From positions 1,550,001 through 1,614,000 of the forward strand of contig OZ037838.1 of assembly GCA_964035575.1 (NCBI GenBank): 64,000 nucleotides of DNA, given 5' to 3'. Every line of letters starts with the position of its first letter. Positions within the stretch are counted from its first letter, which is position 1. The position numbers and the translations under genes were made by a program. The notes below the pieces were generated by a model, which saw only the letters and a list, made by a program, of their open reading frames with translations, searched no databases and was not told the origin of the DNA. This document shows positions 33,580 to 46,451 of this stretch, one piece after another. This stretch comes from Rhynchopus sp. YZ270_cl-10 (Eukaryota).

Positions 33580-34500
33580 CTCTGGGGGTGAAGGACGGTT
33601 ATGGGAAAAACGTCGTAAAAATAAATACAGAACATAATTGTTCTGGTAGGTGTCGCAAGCAGACAACACGCTCATGAAGGAACAAAAAAAAATTAGCTCT
33701 TCAGGACCAAGGAACAACCCTTGGTCTGTACCTTCCTTCATTGTGTTTTTTTTTTAATACAGCGCACTGCTTCGCAGAAGAAAGTTTGAAAAGTTCAGTA
33801 GGGCTGAAACAAGGATGTGTTAATACTCAGAACAGCCCAATAACCCTGGGTCAAAAAATATAAAATAAAAAGTGGAGCTCATCCTCAGGTGTCTACACTA
33901 ATACAACTTTCAAAAAAAACAGCGACTATTTGAAGCCAAAAAAAAAACCCATATTTTTATCGTCAGCCACACCATGACTGGGTGATCTATGCATGAGAGA
34001 TTTCTTTTCCCACTATCTCTCAGTAGCGTCTCACAGACTGTCACTTACTCTTCTTCAGTAAGCCCTCACGTCCTGTTGTGTGTCAATCACGGAGATGATC
34101 ATAGGTCACTCAATGATTTTTTTATTTAAAAAAAAGCAAAATGAAGTGCACTTCACAGGTGTACGTAATTTAAAAAAAAAAAAAATGCGAGGGAACAAAC
34201 AATCAATTGCCAACCCCTTTCTCCTAGTCTACAAGCACCACAGCCACCTTTGGCGTTGTGTTGTTGAGTACACCGGAGGAAGGGAAAATGTCATAGTGAG
34301 ATACAAACGAACTCGCCCCCCCTTTTTTTTTGAGGATGGATATGAGAACGGATGCTGTGGGGAAAGAATAATGTGATTGTCGCAACAAAACTATTTAAAA
34401 AAAAAAATTGCACGCACAAAATGGGAAGGAGCACTCTCGCTTATCCTCTTTTTTCTCTCTCTCTCTTTTTGTTTCTTTTTGTGAAAAATTTGTGAAAACC
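33580..34500. repeat. Paralogous copy of the downstream flank of the SASA-GH27 duplication unit (matches ~26080-26283 + 27026-27740)
   Basis: Collinear blocks, e.g. GGGCTGAAACAAGGATGTGT and GAGGATGGATATGAGAACGGATGCTGTGG. Confidence 0.85.
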
Positions 34501-35389
34501 CAAATCGGAAAAAATAAAATTAAAAAATACTACCCCCATCATTTCTTTTTATCACCGAATTTTCCAATTTTTCTCCTACTATTCACCCCCCTAAACAGAC
34601 AAAAAAAGGGGGGTCAACTACACACAGAAGCACACCCACCCACCCCCTATTTTGTCACCCTATACAAACTCACCTTTTTTTTTTGGTGTCAGAGTTGTTT
34701 TTTTTGGTTTTTTTTTTTTCTGTTCTTTGTAGCAGTTACTTTCCTTTTTTTTTCTCTTTTTCTCTCTCCCCAACCCTTTCCACTTTGGGGAGAGGAAATC
34801 ACTTCTACCCATCTAACTCCATTTCTAGCTAAAAAAACAATCATATCCAATCGCTGGTTGGAATTGGGGGGAACGCTGCTGCCGTGCTGCATGCCAACGA
34901 CGACACTTTTCTGAGCGTTTCTCTGTTGCGTTGCAGTAACTAAAAAATATAAAAAAAGGCAGCCTATTATCAGTACAAAAAAACACACATATCAAGAAAC
35001 AAAAAAACGGCGTTCCCTAACCTCAGGTAGTCGGCCTCTGGGTTGCACGGAGGAGAGGGCCATGGGATGTACCGCGTCGGTGCACGTCGCGGCGGATGAT
35101 GGGGACAGTGAGAACAGTAAGGTATGTCTCGTTTTTTTGAACACTACGTTAGTACCCAGTACAATGCCATGGGAAAGGGAGCTGAGTAGTAATTTGTAGA
35201 TGTAAACGACATGGATGTAGGACTGCATGGTTGGGTGTTTTTTTTACCACCCCCCCCGGAGAACAGCTGGTCATTGTACCAAGATACACTGTTCACGAGA
35301 GGGATTTTGTATTTCAAGCTCTACTTTTTGTGTTTTCCTCGAAGCATTGATGGTTCCTATAGCACAGACAACACATCAACCACATATCC

Positions 35390-36095
35390 CCTACAGCGCA
35401 CATCGCAACGAGAAGGCCCCTCAAAGCATAAAGGCAAGACGTCCACAGAGCCGTCGCAGTTTGTGCTGAATCTTCGTATGATGCGACGACGGTTCAAACA
35501 CCGTACCATCGACCTCACATCACGGTTTGACAGCATCACAGGGCACCCCGTGTACTACCCGTCATACACTCTGGTACTCCAGGTGCGGCGATGGCTTGAT
35601 AAGCACGACCCCGCAGAGTCACTCAGCGAGCCCATACCAGACGATACGGAGGTCTCATACGAAGAAGTGTTCCGTATCTTCGGACCAGATGAGGTATTTC
35701 TTAAAATGAAAAAAACGACAAACGAAACAACCCCCTCCTTAAGAAGACCACATTACTTTCCCCCCCCTACCTTTCACCCCCCTCTACTACAGCCTCTTCT
35801 GCCTGCGCCGAACCCAGCCATCATGGCGATGTTCGGCCCTCCTGTACGACTGCTCAACGACGCACAGCTGGACCAGCTTGAAGACCCAGGCTCAAGCTTG
35901 AGCCTGAGCAAGCGCTTCTCACAACCCAACCCTCCAGGACAGACGCTCGAGCATGCCTGCACCGTCAGTTCATCAGACAACCAGGGTCGACGGAGCGTAC
36001 CGACGCTTCCGACGCAGGGTCTCTCACATATTCACGGCAGCACTCCTGGCCCCGCCACACAGAATTACTGTGCGGAGTCGATCAAAGGATGCTAA
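35390..36095 (+). CDS. Possible spliced hypothetical gene (3' exons)
   Basis: GC-rich exon-like blocks (~35583-35693 VRRWLDKHDP..., ~35793-36095) separated by GT...AG AT-rich stretches. No family recognised. Confidence 0.3.
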
Positions 36096-38522
36096 TGCTA
36101 GAAATGCGCAAATTGGGGTTCCGGATATTTGAGTTTGGAGTCAGGCAAACTACATTGGCCCATTTTCTTTGTCACGTCCTTTTCTTTGTGTTTGTCTTCA
36201 AAAGGTGACGGGAAAAAAAGCATGCAGGTTTGAGACTAAGCACAATATGGTGTTTAAGCCTTTTTTAAAAATGGTGATGTGAGCACGAAGTCATCGATCG
36301 TCTTCTTTGTTTGTTTTTACGGTCTGGCCACAATACACGCACCCCCCCCTCTTTCCAGCGTCCCCCCAAAAAAATGCCCCGTCTACGTTTGTTCAGGTTT
36401 GGTGTTTTGTATTTTTTCGTATTTCTCCGTACCCCCTCTTATCCCTTCCCTCTCCGTCTGTCTGGAAAATTATTTTGTCGCCATCCTAAAAGGAGGGGAT
36501 TTTAGCCCCATTAAGCAAAGTTTCATGCCATGTGACCTGGGAAGAGAATAAGAATTGGGAAACATGCTATTTTCCTACCAAGCTAAAACGGTGTCCATGC
36601 GAAGGCACGCCTTTTTTTTTTATATCAGATGTAAACCACGAAATGGATGTAGGACTGCATGGTTGGGTGTCCACCCCCCCACTGCCATGACCAAGATACA
36701 CCGCTCAGGGCTTTGTATTTCAACTCTACTTTTTTTTTTTTGCATGAAAATGCGTAAACACGTGCAAAAAAAAAATTCATGTTCAATCTAGCATGTTGCT
36801 GGGGGGTGCATGGTCACCAACCCCAACAGAAAAAATCGTTTTTTATTTCACCCCCTCCCCTCCCCTCCCCCCCGCCCCCTCAGGGTTCCCCCCCCTCTCT
36901 GCGCATGCCTTTTCTTCACAAGGGTTTATCATTGTGGACGAAACTTTCCTTCAGATTGACTGCGCAACGAGAGAGGCTTAGGGTCAAATTCTTGATTATT
37001 CTATGAGTGCCCCACTCCCCCCCCCTGGTGGCTTCGATGCCCTACCCTGAAGGTCCGGCGCATGTGTCCACAGAGGCACAGAGGACGGTTTGAGTTTTCT
37101 TTGATTTGCACGAAGAAATTAAATGATGGAAGTTAACATGCTTTTTTTATGTGAATCCACTTTAGATTCCTTTGTACTCTGTACTTCCTTTTGTATGAAG
37201 CCTGTTATGAACAAATGTGAATCGCAGTGCCCACGATGGGATTCTGTTGCACTTTCAAATAGCAATGCTCTGCGCTGGAGTATTTTTCCTTTTTTTTTTT
37301 TTTTTTTTTTTGCGTTTTTTGCGTTCTTTTTTTGCGAGTTTTTTTCATCTTTCCGATATCTGTATTTTAGATGAGGGCTCGTCTTAGACTTATTATTTTC
37401 TTTTTCAGGAGGGAGTTTGTTTTTGACAAACAATCCACTTTAATAGGTTTGGGGACAATTTAGTCCCCTATTACCTTCTGTTCAGTAGAATAGAAAGTAT
37501 ATGAAATAATTTGTAATGTGTACGCATGTAGCGATGCATTCCTTTGTTTTGACAATCTGGTTTTTTTTTTGTTGTGTGTGGGGGGGGGGGGGGGGGGATC
37601 CCGGGGGGGGATGCCGCTATATATGGTGGAGTCCGCTCGAAAAAAGGCGGACCGATAGTCAGACCCTCAACCACGTTCTGTAGCACCGTATTCGTACAAA
37701 TTAAATACAGTGTCTAGTTCTGGGCCGTGTGGACTCTGCTGTGTAGAGGAAAATAAATTGCAGGCAGTTCACCCCCCCGCAAGGATGTTCACTCACAAGG
37801 AACATCCCAGATGAGCTATGCCTGAAGCCATTTGAAACAACATCATTTTCATTGCAGAGCGTCTTTGTCTTCTGCTTGAGGACACATTTTTTTTTGCGTA
37901 TATTTTTTTTTGTATTTTTGTTTTCTTTTGATTCGTGTTCCCCTCTCTGCCCTTATTTTTCGAATAATTATTTGAAGACGGTGTGATCAGCGGTCTACGG
38001 GAAATGTGGGTACCACCACGGAGAACCCTGCGGAATTATAAGAGTGTTTGGGTTGCTTCTATTTTTATCAGGAAATCTTTTGTAGTGGGAAATGATTCAA
38101 ACGGGCTTGAGACTTTGTTTTTGTTATTCCTCCCCTTTATTGTGCACTCAAAGAATTTTTTTTTTCCTTTTCGACATCCATTTCTGGGCGGTTATGGAGG
38201 GGTGGTATGTTGTCTTCCGCAACGTACACGACGGTGAAGCAACGGGTGTTACAACTAACTTTTGTTACATGTAAACATTGCATGTACCACATGTAATGTT
38301 TACATGTACCACCACCTGATTTTGCCTATATATATGACGTAGTAGCGTATCAACTAAACAAAAGAACGGGTTTTTATTAGTTCCAGGTGACTTAGCATGC
38401 GAGAGGCTTTGAGATTCATCTGACAAAACTTTTCCCTTTTTTTTTTTGAGCGATGCTTCAACTTCATTTCTGTTCATTCATTTCTGGTATTTTCTTTTTG
38501 TGTTATCAAGCATTGCCGAATA

Positions 38523-38698
38523 GAAATGGAAAACGACGGATGGTGCGTGCCCGCTTTAGCGTATTGGTTTTCCACTAACATACACCTCACTCACATTCAT
38601 CAGTGAAAAACACAAAACCTTTTGCGGGTGCGATAAACGAAAAAGTGTTTTCTTTATTTCATTTAACTGTCATATCCTGAAGTCGTTTTCTATTTTTA
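38523..38698. repeat. Dispersed ~175-bp repeat (second copy 58736-58903, inside an intron)
   Basis: GAAATGGAAAACGACGGATGGTGCGTGCCCGCTTTAGCGTATTG...GTCATATCCTGAAGTCGTTTTCTATTTTT is near-identical at both sites. Confidence 0.9.
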
Positions 38699-39543
38699 TA
38701 CCTACAAAGCGTAGCTTAAAGGAGAATATATAATAAGAGCAATCAACGAAACAAAAACCTTCGTTGTACTTAACCTATCAGAGTTACTATTTTTGTTTTT
38801 GTTTTTTACATTGCACCTAATTTTACCTGAAATTTGGTGGAGTTTTTGGTGGTGTGAAAAAGTTGTTTTAATACCACCAAAACTCCAAAATCAGGTGGAT
38901 ATTATGCAAGGGCGCTCGCATTTCCATTGTGTCCGGGATGTGAGGTGCTGTTGAAAACCCATTTCATACTTTGCGCACTGGTGTGTACAGAAGATCCATA
39001 TCTTTCAATTTTGGTTTCTTTTATTTTCTTGGTAAGGGGGGTGGGATATCACAACAGGGCAGGGGAGGTACAAAATCTACCGAAACTGGGAGCGGTTTTT
39101 ATTTTTGACGCAAATTTTTTATATAAATTTACTAAAAAATTTATATAAAGTTATCAAAAACAAAGCAAAAAACACGCAGAGACACACCTTTTCCCCCCCA
39201 ATCTTTTCTTCCTTCAAGGGATGGATGCGATCAACAAACAACGAATAAACGAAGAAGGGTATTTCATTTTCAAATGCACGAGGCAATGAAGCACGACCGA
39301 GCTGCATTTTAGCATGTTTCAACTAAAAATACAAATCAAGGGTACATTTTTGGCACCCTCTTTGCCTTCTTTTCGTGTAGAAAAGAAAGTATCAGTCCTA
39401 TTCGTGGTCATTTACCCCCCCCCCTTTGGGTCGGTGAACCGGAAATTTTGGAAATAGGGGGGTAAAATAAGGGGGGGGGGGGTAAATGAGGGGGTAGGGG
39501 GGGGTAGGGGGTCCGACTCCTATTAGACTTGTGTATAAAATTT

Positions 39544-40663
39544 CGTACAAAAAACTCATTATTAAACTTCTGGTCATCTCCAAGGCAACTGCGGGTGAAA
39601 AACACCCTCAGAGTGGGTCACAGGGGGCCTGTGGGCCGAAAAACGACCCAGAAGCCACCCCAGAATACAAAAAAATGGGAAAAAATAGTGAAAAAACGGC
39701 TTTTTGACGGTTTTGGCCATGTTGGGCAAAATAGCGTTTTTTCAAGAAAAAACCAAAAAAACGGTTATTTTTTGACATCACAAAACCTCCTTTGGCACAA
39801 ATATACCCCAAAAGTGGCCTGTGAGTCCATTCCAACCTGTTTTGGACATATTTGACACTTTTGGAAGTGTTTTTTTGGTGTTTTTACGTCAAAAAACATA
39901 CCCTGGCAATACCCTGACCGCGCTCCGGCAGCATTCCGGCATGCTGTGTGACCCATATAGGGGTCAAGAAATGGCCAAAAACCCCCGAAAAAGCACTCCG
40001 GGAACCCAGATAGTTCCAAATATCCACCAGACACCCACCCAAACACCGCAGAAACACGACAGAAAGTCGTCTTAAAAAACACACTTTTTTCAAAAAGGCT
40101 ATTATGGAGCCTGTCTGACGAGTTGTGTTTTTTAAGACGACTTTCTGTCGTGTTTCTGCGGTGTTTGGGTGGGTGTCTGGTGGATATTTGGAACTATCTG
40201 GGTTCCCGGAGTGCTTTTTCGGGGGTTTTTGGCCATTTCTTGACCCCTATATGGGTCAAACAGCATGCCGGAATGCTGCCGGAGCGCGGTCAGGGTATTG
40301 CCAGGGTATGTTTTTTGACGTAAAAACACCAAAAAAACACTTCCAAAAGTGTCAAATATGTCCAAAACAGGTTGGAATGGACTCACAGGCCACTTTTGGG
40401 GTATATTTGTGCCAAAGGAGGTTTTGTGATGTCAAAAAATAACCGTTTTTTTGGTTTTTTCTTGAAAAAACGCTATTTTGCCCAACATGGCCAAAACCGT
40501 CAAAAAGCCGTTTTTTCACTATTTTTTTCCATTTTTTTGTATTCTGGGGTGGCTTCTGGGTCGTTTTTCGGCCCACAGGCCCTCTGTGACCCACTCTGAG
40601 GGTGTTTTTCACCCGCAGTTGCCTTGGAGATGACCAGAAGTTTAATAATGAGTTTTTTGTACG
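39544..40663. repeat. Foldback 1: 540-bp inverted arms (39544-40083, 40124-40663) with a 40-bp spacer
   Basis: The arms are reverse complements with only a few mismatches; mirror-image ORFs appear on both strands. Confidence 0.95.
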
Positions 40664-41214
40664 GTAATTTTACTCACAGTCGGACCCCCTAGTAGGGGGG
40701 GGGGGGGGGGGTAAATTACCATGTTATGGGTTTGGTCATGTTTTTGGGTGGGAAGGGGGGACTTTTTCATACACGGTGGGGTAAAATTTTGCACAACACA
40801 GTGTGACAACACATGCTCTCATGACAAATGTATCGTCTGAAAAAAATTCCTCGCCTCCTTGCGACATCGCAAGCAGTCATGAATCATGGATCCACATCAT
40901 CCACATCATCTTTCTGCCCGTGCCTGTACCACCGTGCCTGAACCATGACTGGTCAGGGATGACGAGGGATGACGATGTTGCCTCAGATTCTGTGAGGTGT
41001 CCCAAACGTATCGCCCACGCAGCACAAACGTACCCTGCACCCATCTACCTGCACACGCGATGCAAAACAGGGTGAAGGATTCTTTGCACTTTACCCCTTT
41101 CCTCATTTCGAGCTTGTCTCCAGCTTCAAATCAGACGAGTCTCCGGATATACGACCCGCTGAACACATCAGCAAACCATAAAACAAAACAGGTGTGCGCT
41201 GCACTATGTGAAAC

Positions 41215-41332
41215 TATCACCCCATAATTACACGCCAGGTGGTGTTTTGCCACTCGTTCCCTGAACCCCCTCGCTTCGCTCGTGGGTTAAGATCACTCGT
41301 GACAAAACACCACCTGGCGTGTCGCGGTGATA
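41215..41332. repeat. Nested-palindrome element with CTCGCTTCGCTCG apex
   Basis: ACACGCCAGGTGGTGTTTTG / CAAAACACCACCTGGCGTGT arms; same architecture as 47917-48053. Confidence 0.75.
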
Positions 41333-41399
41333 ATTACCCAAAATTTGCCTGGTGGCTGGTACTTTACCCCCCCAGGGGGGTAAAGTACCAGCCACAACA

Positions 41400-41628
41400 C
41401 ACGACGGTGAAGTATAGTACATTACAAGTGAAGTTACATGTAACGTTACAAGTGAAAAACCGTTACAAGTGAGTTACAAGTGAGTTACAAGTGGGATACA
41501 TGAATTACAGGCAAAATCAGGTTGTAACTGGTGGGTTACAAGTGAGTTACAAGTGAGTTACATGTAACAAAAGTTACATGTAACTCACTTGTAACTCCAC
41601 TTGTAACACCCGTTACTTCACCGTCGTG
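41400..41628. mobile_element. Small CAC-ended TIR element (CMC/EnSpm-like)
   Basis: TIR CACGACGGTGAAGTA; 2-bp TSD CA; internal GTTACAAGTGA repeats; partial copy at ~38227-38330. Confidence 0.8.
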
Positions 41629-41770
41629 CAGGGTATTATAAGGGGGGGGGTAAATTACCATGTTATTTTGGCCTGAACCGTTTTTTTCTGAAAAAGGGGG
41701 TAAAATAAGGGGGGGGGGGTAAATTTAGGGGGGGGGGGGGGGTAGGGGGTACGACTCCAGCCATTTTTTG

Positions 41771-42896
41771 CGCACGGAAAATTCATTTGGCATTATCTGG
41801 TCATCTCCAAGGCAACTGCGGGTGAAAAACACCCTCAGAGTGGGTCACAGGGGGCCTGTGGGTCGAAAAACGACCCAGAAGCCACCCCAGAATACAAAAA
41901 AATGGAAAAAAATAGTGAAAAAACGGCTTTTTTCACGTTTTGGCCACTTTGGGCAAAATAGCGATTTTTCGAGAAAAAAATCAAAAACCGGGATATTTTT
42001 TGACATCACAAAGCCTCCTTTGGCACAAATATACCCCAAAAGTGGCCTGTGAGTCCATTCCAACCTGTTTTGGACATATTTGACACTTTTGGAAGTGTTT
42101 TTTTGGTGTTTTTAGGTCAAAAAAATGCCCAAGACGTCCCCAAGACATCCCCAAGACACTTTGCACACCCCCTGTTACGGTCATATTTTTTTCGTTTTTT
42201 TGCCTGAAACCCCCAAAATACCCCTCCCGGACCCCACATAGTCCCGAATATCCATCACACACCCACTCAGAGTGAGTAGAAGCACCCCAAAAAAAATATT
42301 TTTTAAAGCCCTAAAATTGTGCTTCAGTTTCGGCAGCATCCATGTTGAAGTTGAAGGGCTTTAAAAAATATTTTTTTTGGGGTGCTTCTACTCACTCTGA
42401 GTGGGTGTGTGATGGATATTCGGGACTATGTGGGGTCCGGGAGGGGTATTTTGGGGGTTTCAGGCAAAAAAACGAAAAAAATATGACCGTAACAGGGGGT
42501 GTGCAAAGTGTCTTGGGGATGTCTTGGGGACGTCTTGGGCATTTTTTTGACCTAAAAACACCAAAAAAACACTTCCAAAAGTGTCAAATATGTCCAAAAC
42601 AGGTTGGAATGGACTCACAGGCCACTTTTGGGGTATATTTGTGCCAAAGGAGGCTTTGTGATGTCAAAAAATATCCCGGTTTTTGATTTTTTTCTCGAAA
42701 AATCGCTATTTTGCCCAAAGTGGCCAAAACGTGAAAAAAGCCGTTTTTTCACTATTTTTTTCCATTTTTTTGTATTCTGGGGTGGCTTCTGGGTCGTTTT
42801 TCGACCCACAGGCCCCCTGTGACCCACTCTGAGGGTGTTTTTCACCCGCAGTTGCCTTGGAGGTGGCCAGATAATGCCAAATGAATTTTCCGTGCG
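41771..42896. repeat. Foldback 2: 542-bp inverted arms (41771-42312, 42355-42896) with a 42-bp spacer
   Basis: Arms near-identical to each other and homologous to foldback 1. Confidence 0.95.
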
Positions 42897-42956
42897 TTTG
42901 GTCCCAGCCAAAATGGCTGGAGTCGTATCCCCTAGGGGGGGGGGGGGGGGGGGGGG

Positions 42957-43713
42957 CACAGCAGAGAATAAGGTAGGGGGGGCCGGGGACCGGGGACCGG
43001 GGACCGGGTTATTCTCAGCCGGACTGGGACACAATATGTAGAAAACAGTGGTGAAAACGCCCGAAAGTGGGAGGGGACCCGGGCGCGGGAGGGTGGGGGA
43101 CCGGGACCAGGACCAGGTACTGGTCCCGGTCTCTGTCCCGGTCCTGGTCCAGGACCAGTACCGGGACCAGTACCGGGACCAGGACCGATACCAGGACCGG
43201 GACTGGGACCAGGACCGGGACCAGTACCAGGACTGGGACTGGGACCGATACCAGGACCGGGACTGGGACCGGGACCAGTACCAGGACCGGGACTGGGACC
43301 AGGACCCGGACCAGTACCAGGACTGGGACCGGGACCAGTACCAGGACCGGGACTGGGACCAGGACCCGGACCAGTACCAGGACTGGGACCGGGACCAGTA
43401 CCAGGACCGGGACTGGGACCAGGACCCGGACCAGTACCAGGACTGGGACCGGGACCGGGACCGGGACCGGGACCAGGACCGGGACTGGGACCGGGACCAG
43501 TACCAGGACCGGGACTGGGACCAGGACCCGGACCAGTACCAGGACTGGGACCGGGACCGGGACCGGGACCAGGACCGGGACTGGGACCGGGACCAGTACC
43601 AGGACCGGGACTGGGACCAGGACCGGGACCGGGACCAGTACTGGGACCGGGACCAGGACCAGGACCAGGGACCGGGGAGCGGGGACCGGGGACCGGGCTT
43701 ATTCTCTGCTGTG
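42957..43713. mobile_element. CAC-ended TIR element inserted in a poly-G tract, filled with a 6-mer satellite (GGGACC/CAGGAC/CAGTAC variants)
   Basis: Perfect 16-bp TIR CACAGCAGAGAATAAG; poly-G on both sides; satellite at ~43095-43697. Confidence 0.85.
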
Positions 43714-45137
43714 GGGGGGGGGGGGGGGTAAATGACCACGAATAGGACTGATATAAAATAATGTTTCAACTACTTTTTTTCAAACCCCATTCTTGATCCT
43801 CCTTTTTAAAAGCATCACCGTGTAATCAAAAAGTGTATCTTTGGCGGAACTGATTTCCTTCCGCAAACCATGCGTCAATGTTCTCGCATTGGGGGGGTTT
43901 TTTTGGGTGTCCTGGTCATAGCTCGCGAACTTTCCTGCAGTCAACGCAGGGAAAGAATAGTCAACGATGTGATACAGGATATGGGTGGTTCAGTGATTCC
44001 ACAGAACCGACACCATTGATGTGTCTCAACCAAAACCAAATCAATTAAAAAAGAGAGAGTTTTTGAAGTAAAGGAAAGAAAATCTATTCTGATGAAAGGA
44101 GAAATCTGGGTTGACAGTAAGCAACCCGAAAGTACTTATTTTTTTTCTCAAAAAAATAGTTCACTTTTTTCGTTTGCGCATGGCGTGAGTAGCAACTAAA
44201 CGAAATACGAACGGGGGTTTAAAAAAAAAACAATTCAAAAAAGAAATGTTTCTCTTTTGCTTTCTCAGAAGAAAGATGGGAACATTTTTTTTTTGTTGAT
44301 CCCTACACCTATGCTATCAATTTATTGAATGCATACGATTATGTTGAAATTCTTAATGATTTCTATCCACGGAGCGATGTACTTTTGAAGTATCCACTTT
44401 TTTATATATTTTTTTTTAAACTTTGACAACGTGTACCCCCCGCGAACGGGCAATCCACGTATTTTCTTTTCTTTTTATTTTTTTGCATATCAACTTTCAC
44501 TCGTTTTGAACGAAAAAGAAACAGTTTTTTTTTTCTTCTTTTGTCACTCAGAAGAGAGCGTACCTACCTTTTCAAAATTTTTCTCACTTTTCTATTTGGG
44601 TAAAATACCACGTTTTTTCTGGGGGGGGGGCGGCAGGCACCTCGCCAATTATTGGGGTCAGTTTACGTTGGGTCGGGGGTGGTACAAAGCGTTACATATG
44701 ACACAAAAAAATAAGGCAAGAAATGGGAGTTCCTCTCGCACGAACCATATTGCTTGTTGACGTATGCTGTAGAGGGACCCCTTCACCCGAATATTTCTCG
44801 AATGAAGTAAATCTTCTTTGGCCCAGAGGCTCAGCCATCCACCCCCTTTTACCCCCTATATTTTTATCTCTGATGTATAACTCTAGGACTGCATGCTTGG
44901 TCCACCCGGGTGCACCAAGGTACACTGTCATGAGAGGGCTTAGGATTTTCAAGTCAACGTTTTTGTGTGTTTTTGTGTTTTCTTTTATGGCACAAAGACG
45001 TGCGTTTGTATGGAATATGAGAGAGAGAGAGGACAAAAAAAAAATTCTCTGTTCTGTTCCCAATGATTGAATCTGTAGTTCTGGTTCCTGAAAAAAAGGG
45101 CAAAAAATGATGTGATTTTTGGTCTCTCAGCTATGTT

Positions 45138-45234
45138 CCACCTGATTTTTACCCCGTGTATAGGTGCGTACAGTCCACGTACAGGTCCTATACACACCTA
45201 TAACGCACCTATACGCGGGGTAAAAATCAGGTGG
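45138..45234. repeat. Short hairpin/MITE
   Basis: CCACCTGATTTTTACCCCG(T/C)GTATAGGTGCGT inverted arms. Confidence 0.75.
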
Positions 45235-45484
45235 TTGTTCCCTCAATAGGAAACCTGGTTTATTATTTTTCTTTTTCTTTTTCTTTTTCACTTTTTTTTT
45301 TTGTCCCTTTCGAAGGTGACGCTCGAAAAGATTCAGGTGCATCTCACCCGAATGTTTTTATACCCCATGATGATATCCATATTTTGACTCAGACCCTTTG
45401 TAGACTGGAAAGAGAACCCTCTTCTTTGTAACGTTTTCTTACCCTTCGGGTAGATTACGTTATGGAGAAAAAAGCCTGCAACTT

Positions 45485-46451
45485 GAGGGGTGGCATCAAA
45501 ACAAAAAACGCGGACAATGTCCGCGTTTTTGGGGGGGAGGGGGGGGGGGGGTCTGAAATTCCAGAAAACGCGGACATTTTGGGGTTTTTTTTTCCTCGAA
45601 AATTTTTTTCTTCACTGGGGTTGTACACGATTTTGACCAAAATTTATAAAAACTCGTCCATTTCGGCAAATTGACCCCACCACAGAACCGGCGGATTCAG
45701 GAAATGCAAATGCCGGTGTTTTCGGGCAAAATAAAAAATACAAGATGCCCGCGTTTTTTTGCAAAATGTACACGAATGGGGGGCCCTTAAACCCCTGCTA
45801 CCATGTGCTTCTACAGGCAAACACTTGGGCCCCTTTACCTTACACTGACGGGTTTTGACCAAAATCAAGAACTTGTCCATTTTGGCAAATTGACCCCACC
45901 ACAGAACGGACGGATTCCGGAAATGCAAATGCCGGTGTTTTTGCACATTTTCATGGTTTCAGCATCAGAGAGAGAAAATCTGGGTTGTGGGATTTACCTT
46001 GGCCCCTTTACCTTACACTCATTTTGACCAAAACCAAGAACTTGGCCATTTCGGCAAATTGACCCCACCACAGCGCGGACAGATCCCGGAAATGCCAATC
46101 GCGGCATGTTTTGGGGCTGAAAAATTTTCACCTGGAAATTTTTTTCAGCAGCATGTTTTGGCCGAAAATGGGCCCCACGTATTAGTGACCGGGCTCATAT
46201 TTTCAAAAATTTAAGTGGTCAAAAAATTGTCCAATTTTCGAGATTGACCCCACCACTTTCTGGACGGATTCCGGAAATGCCAAAAAACTGTGTTTTGGGT
46301 CACGAATTTGCACCCCGTCACCCAAAAACCAGCAAAAAATAGGGGAAAAAAAAACAAAAAATGTCCGCGTTTTGGGGGGGGGGAGGGGGGGGTCTGAAAT
46401 TCCCCAAAAACGCGGACATTGTCCGCGTTTTTTGTTTTGATGCCACCCCTG
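45485..46451. mobile_element. hAT-like TIR element F with internal tandem modules
   Basis: ~50-bp TIR (C/G)AGGGGTGGCATCAAAACAAAAAACGCGGACAATGTCCGCG; four internal ATTGACCCCACCAC modules; TSD not evident. Confidence 0.8.

Larger units (their letters stand above)
39393..43750. mobile_element. Composite ~4.36-kb TIR element D containing two long foldbacks
   Basis: Perfect terminal inverted repeat CAGTCCTATTCGTGGTCATTTACCCCCC. Flanked by AT, or by TA if the TIR is read as starting TCAGT. Confidence 0.8.

Noticed and set aside
27050..33910. CRISPR array (repeat with unique spacers)
   Set aside because: Repeats are degenerate, spacing is irregular and hundreds of bp, there are no cas genes, and the context is eukaryotic.
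39529..42822. Mirror-image short ORFs in the foldback arms
   Set aside because: A consequence of the inverted repeats; low complexity and no motifs.
42615..43769. ORFs of 222-384 aa (DRDQ/TGT/WSRS repeats)
   Set aside because: They are translations of a stop-free 6-mer satellite inside a TIR element, open in several frames.
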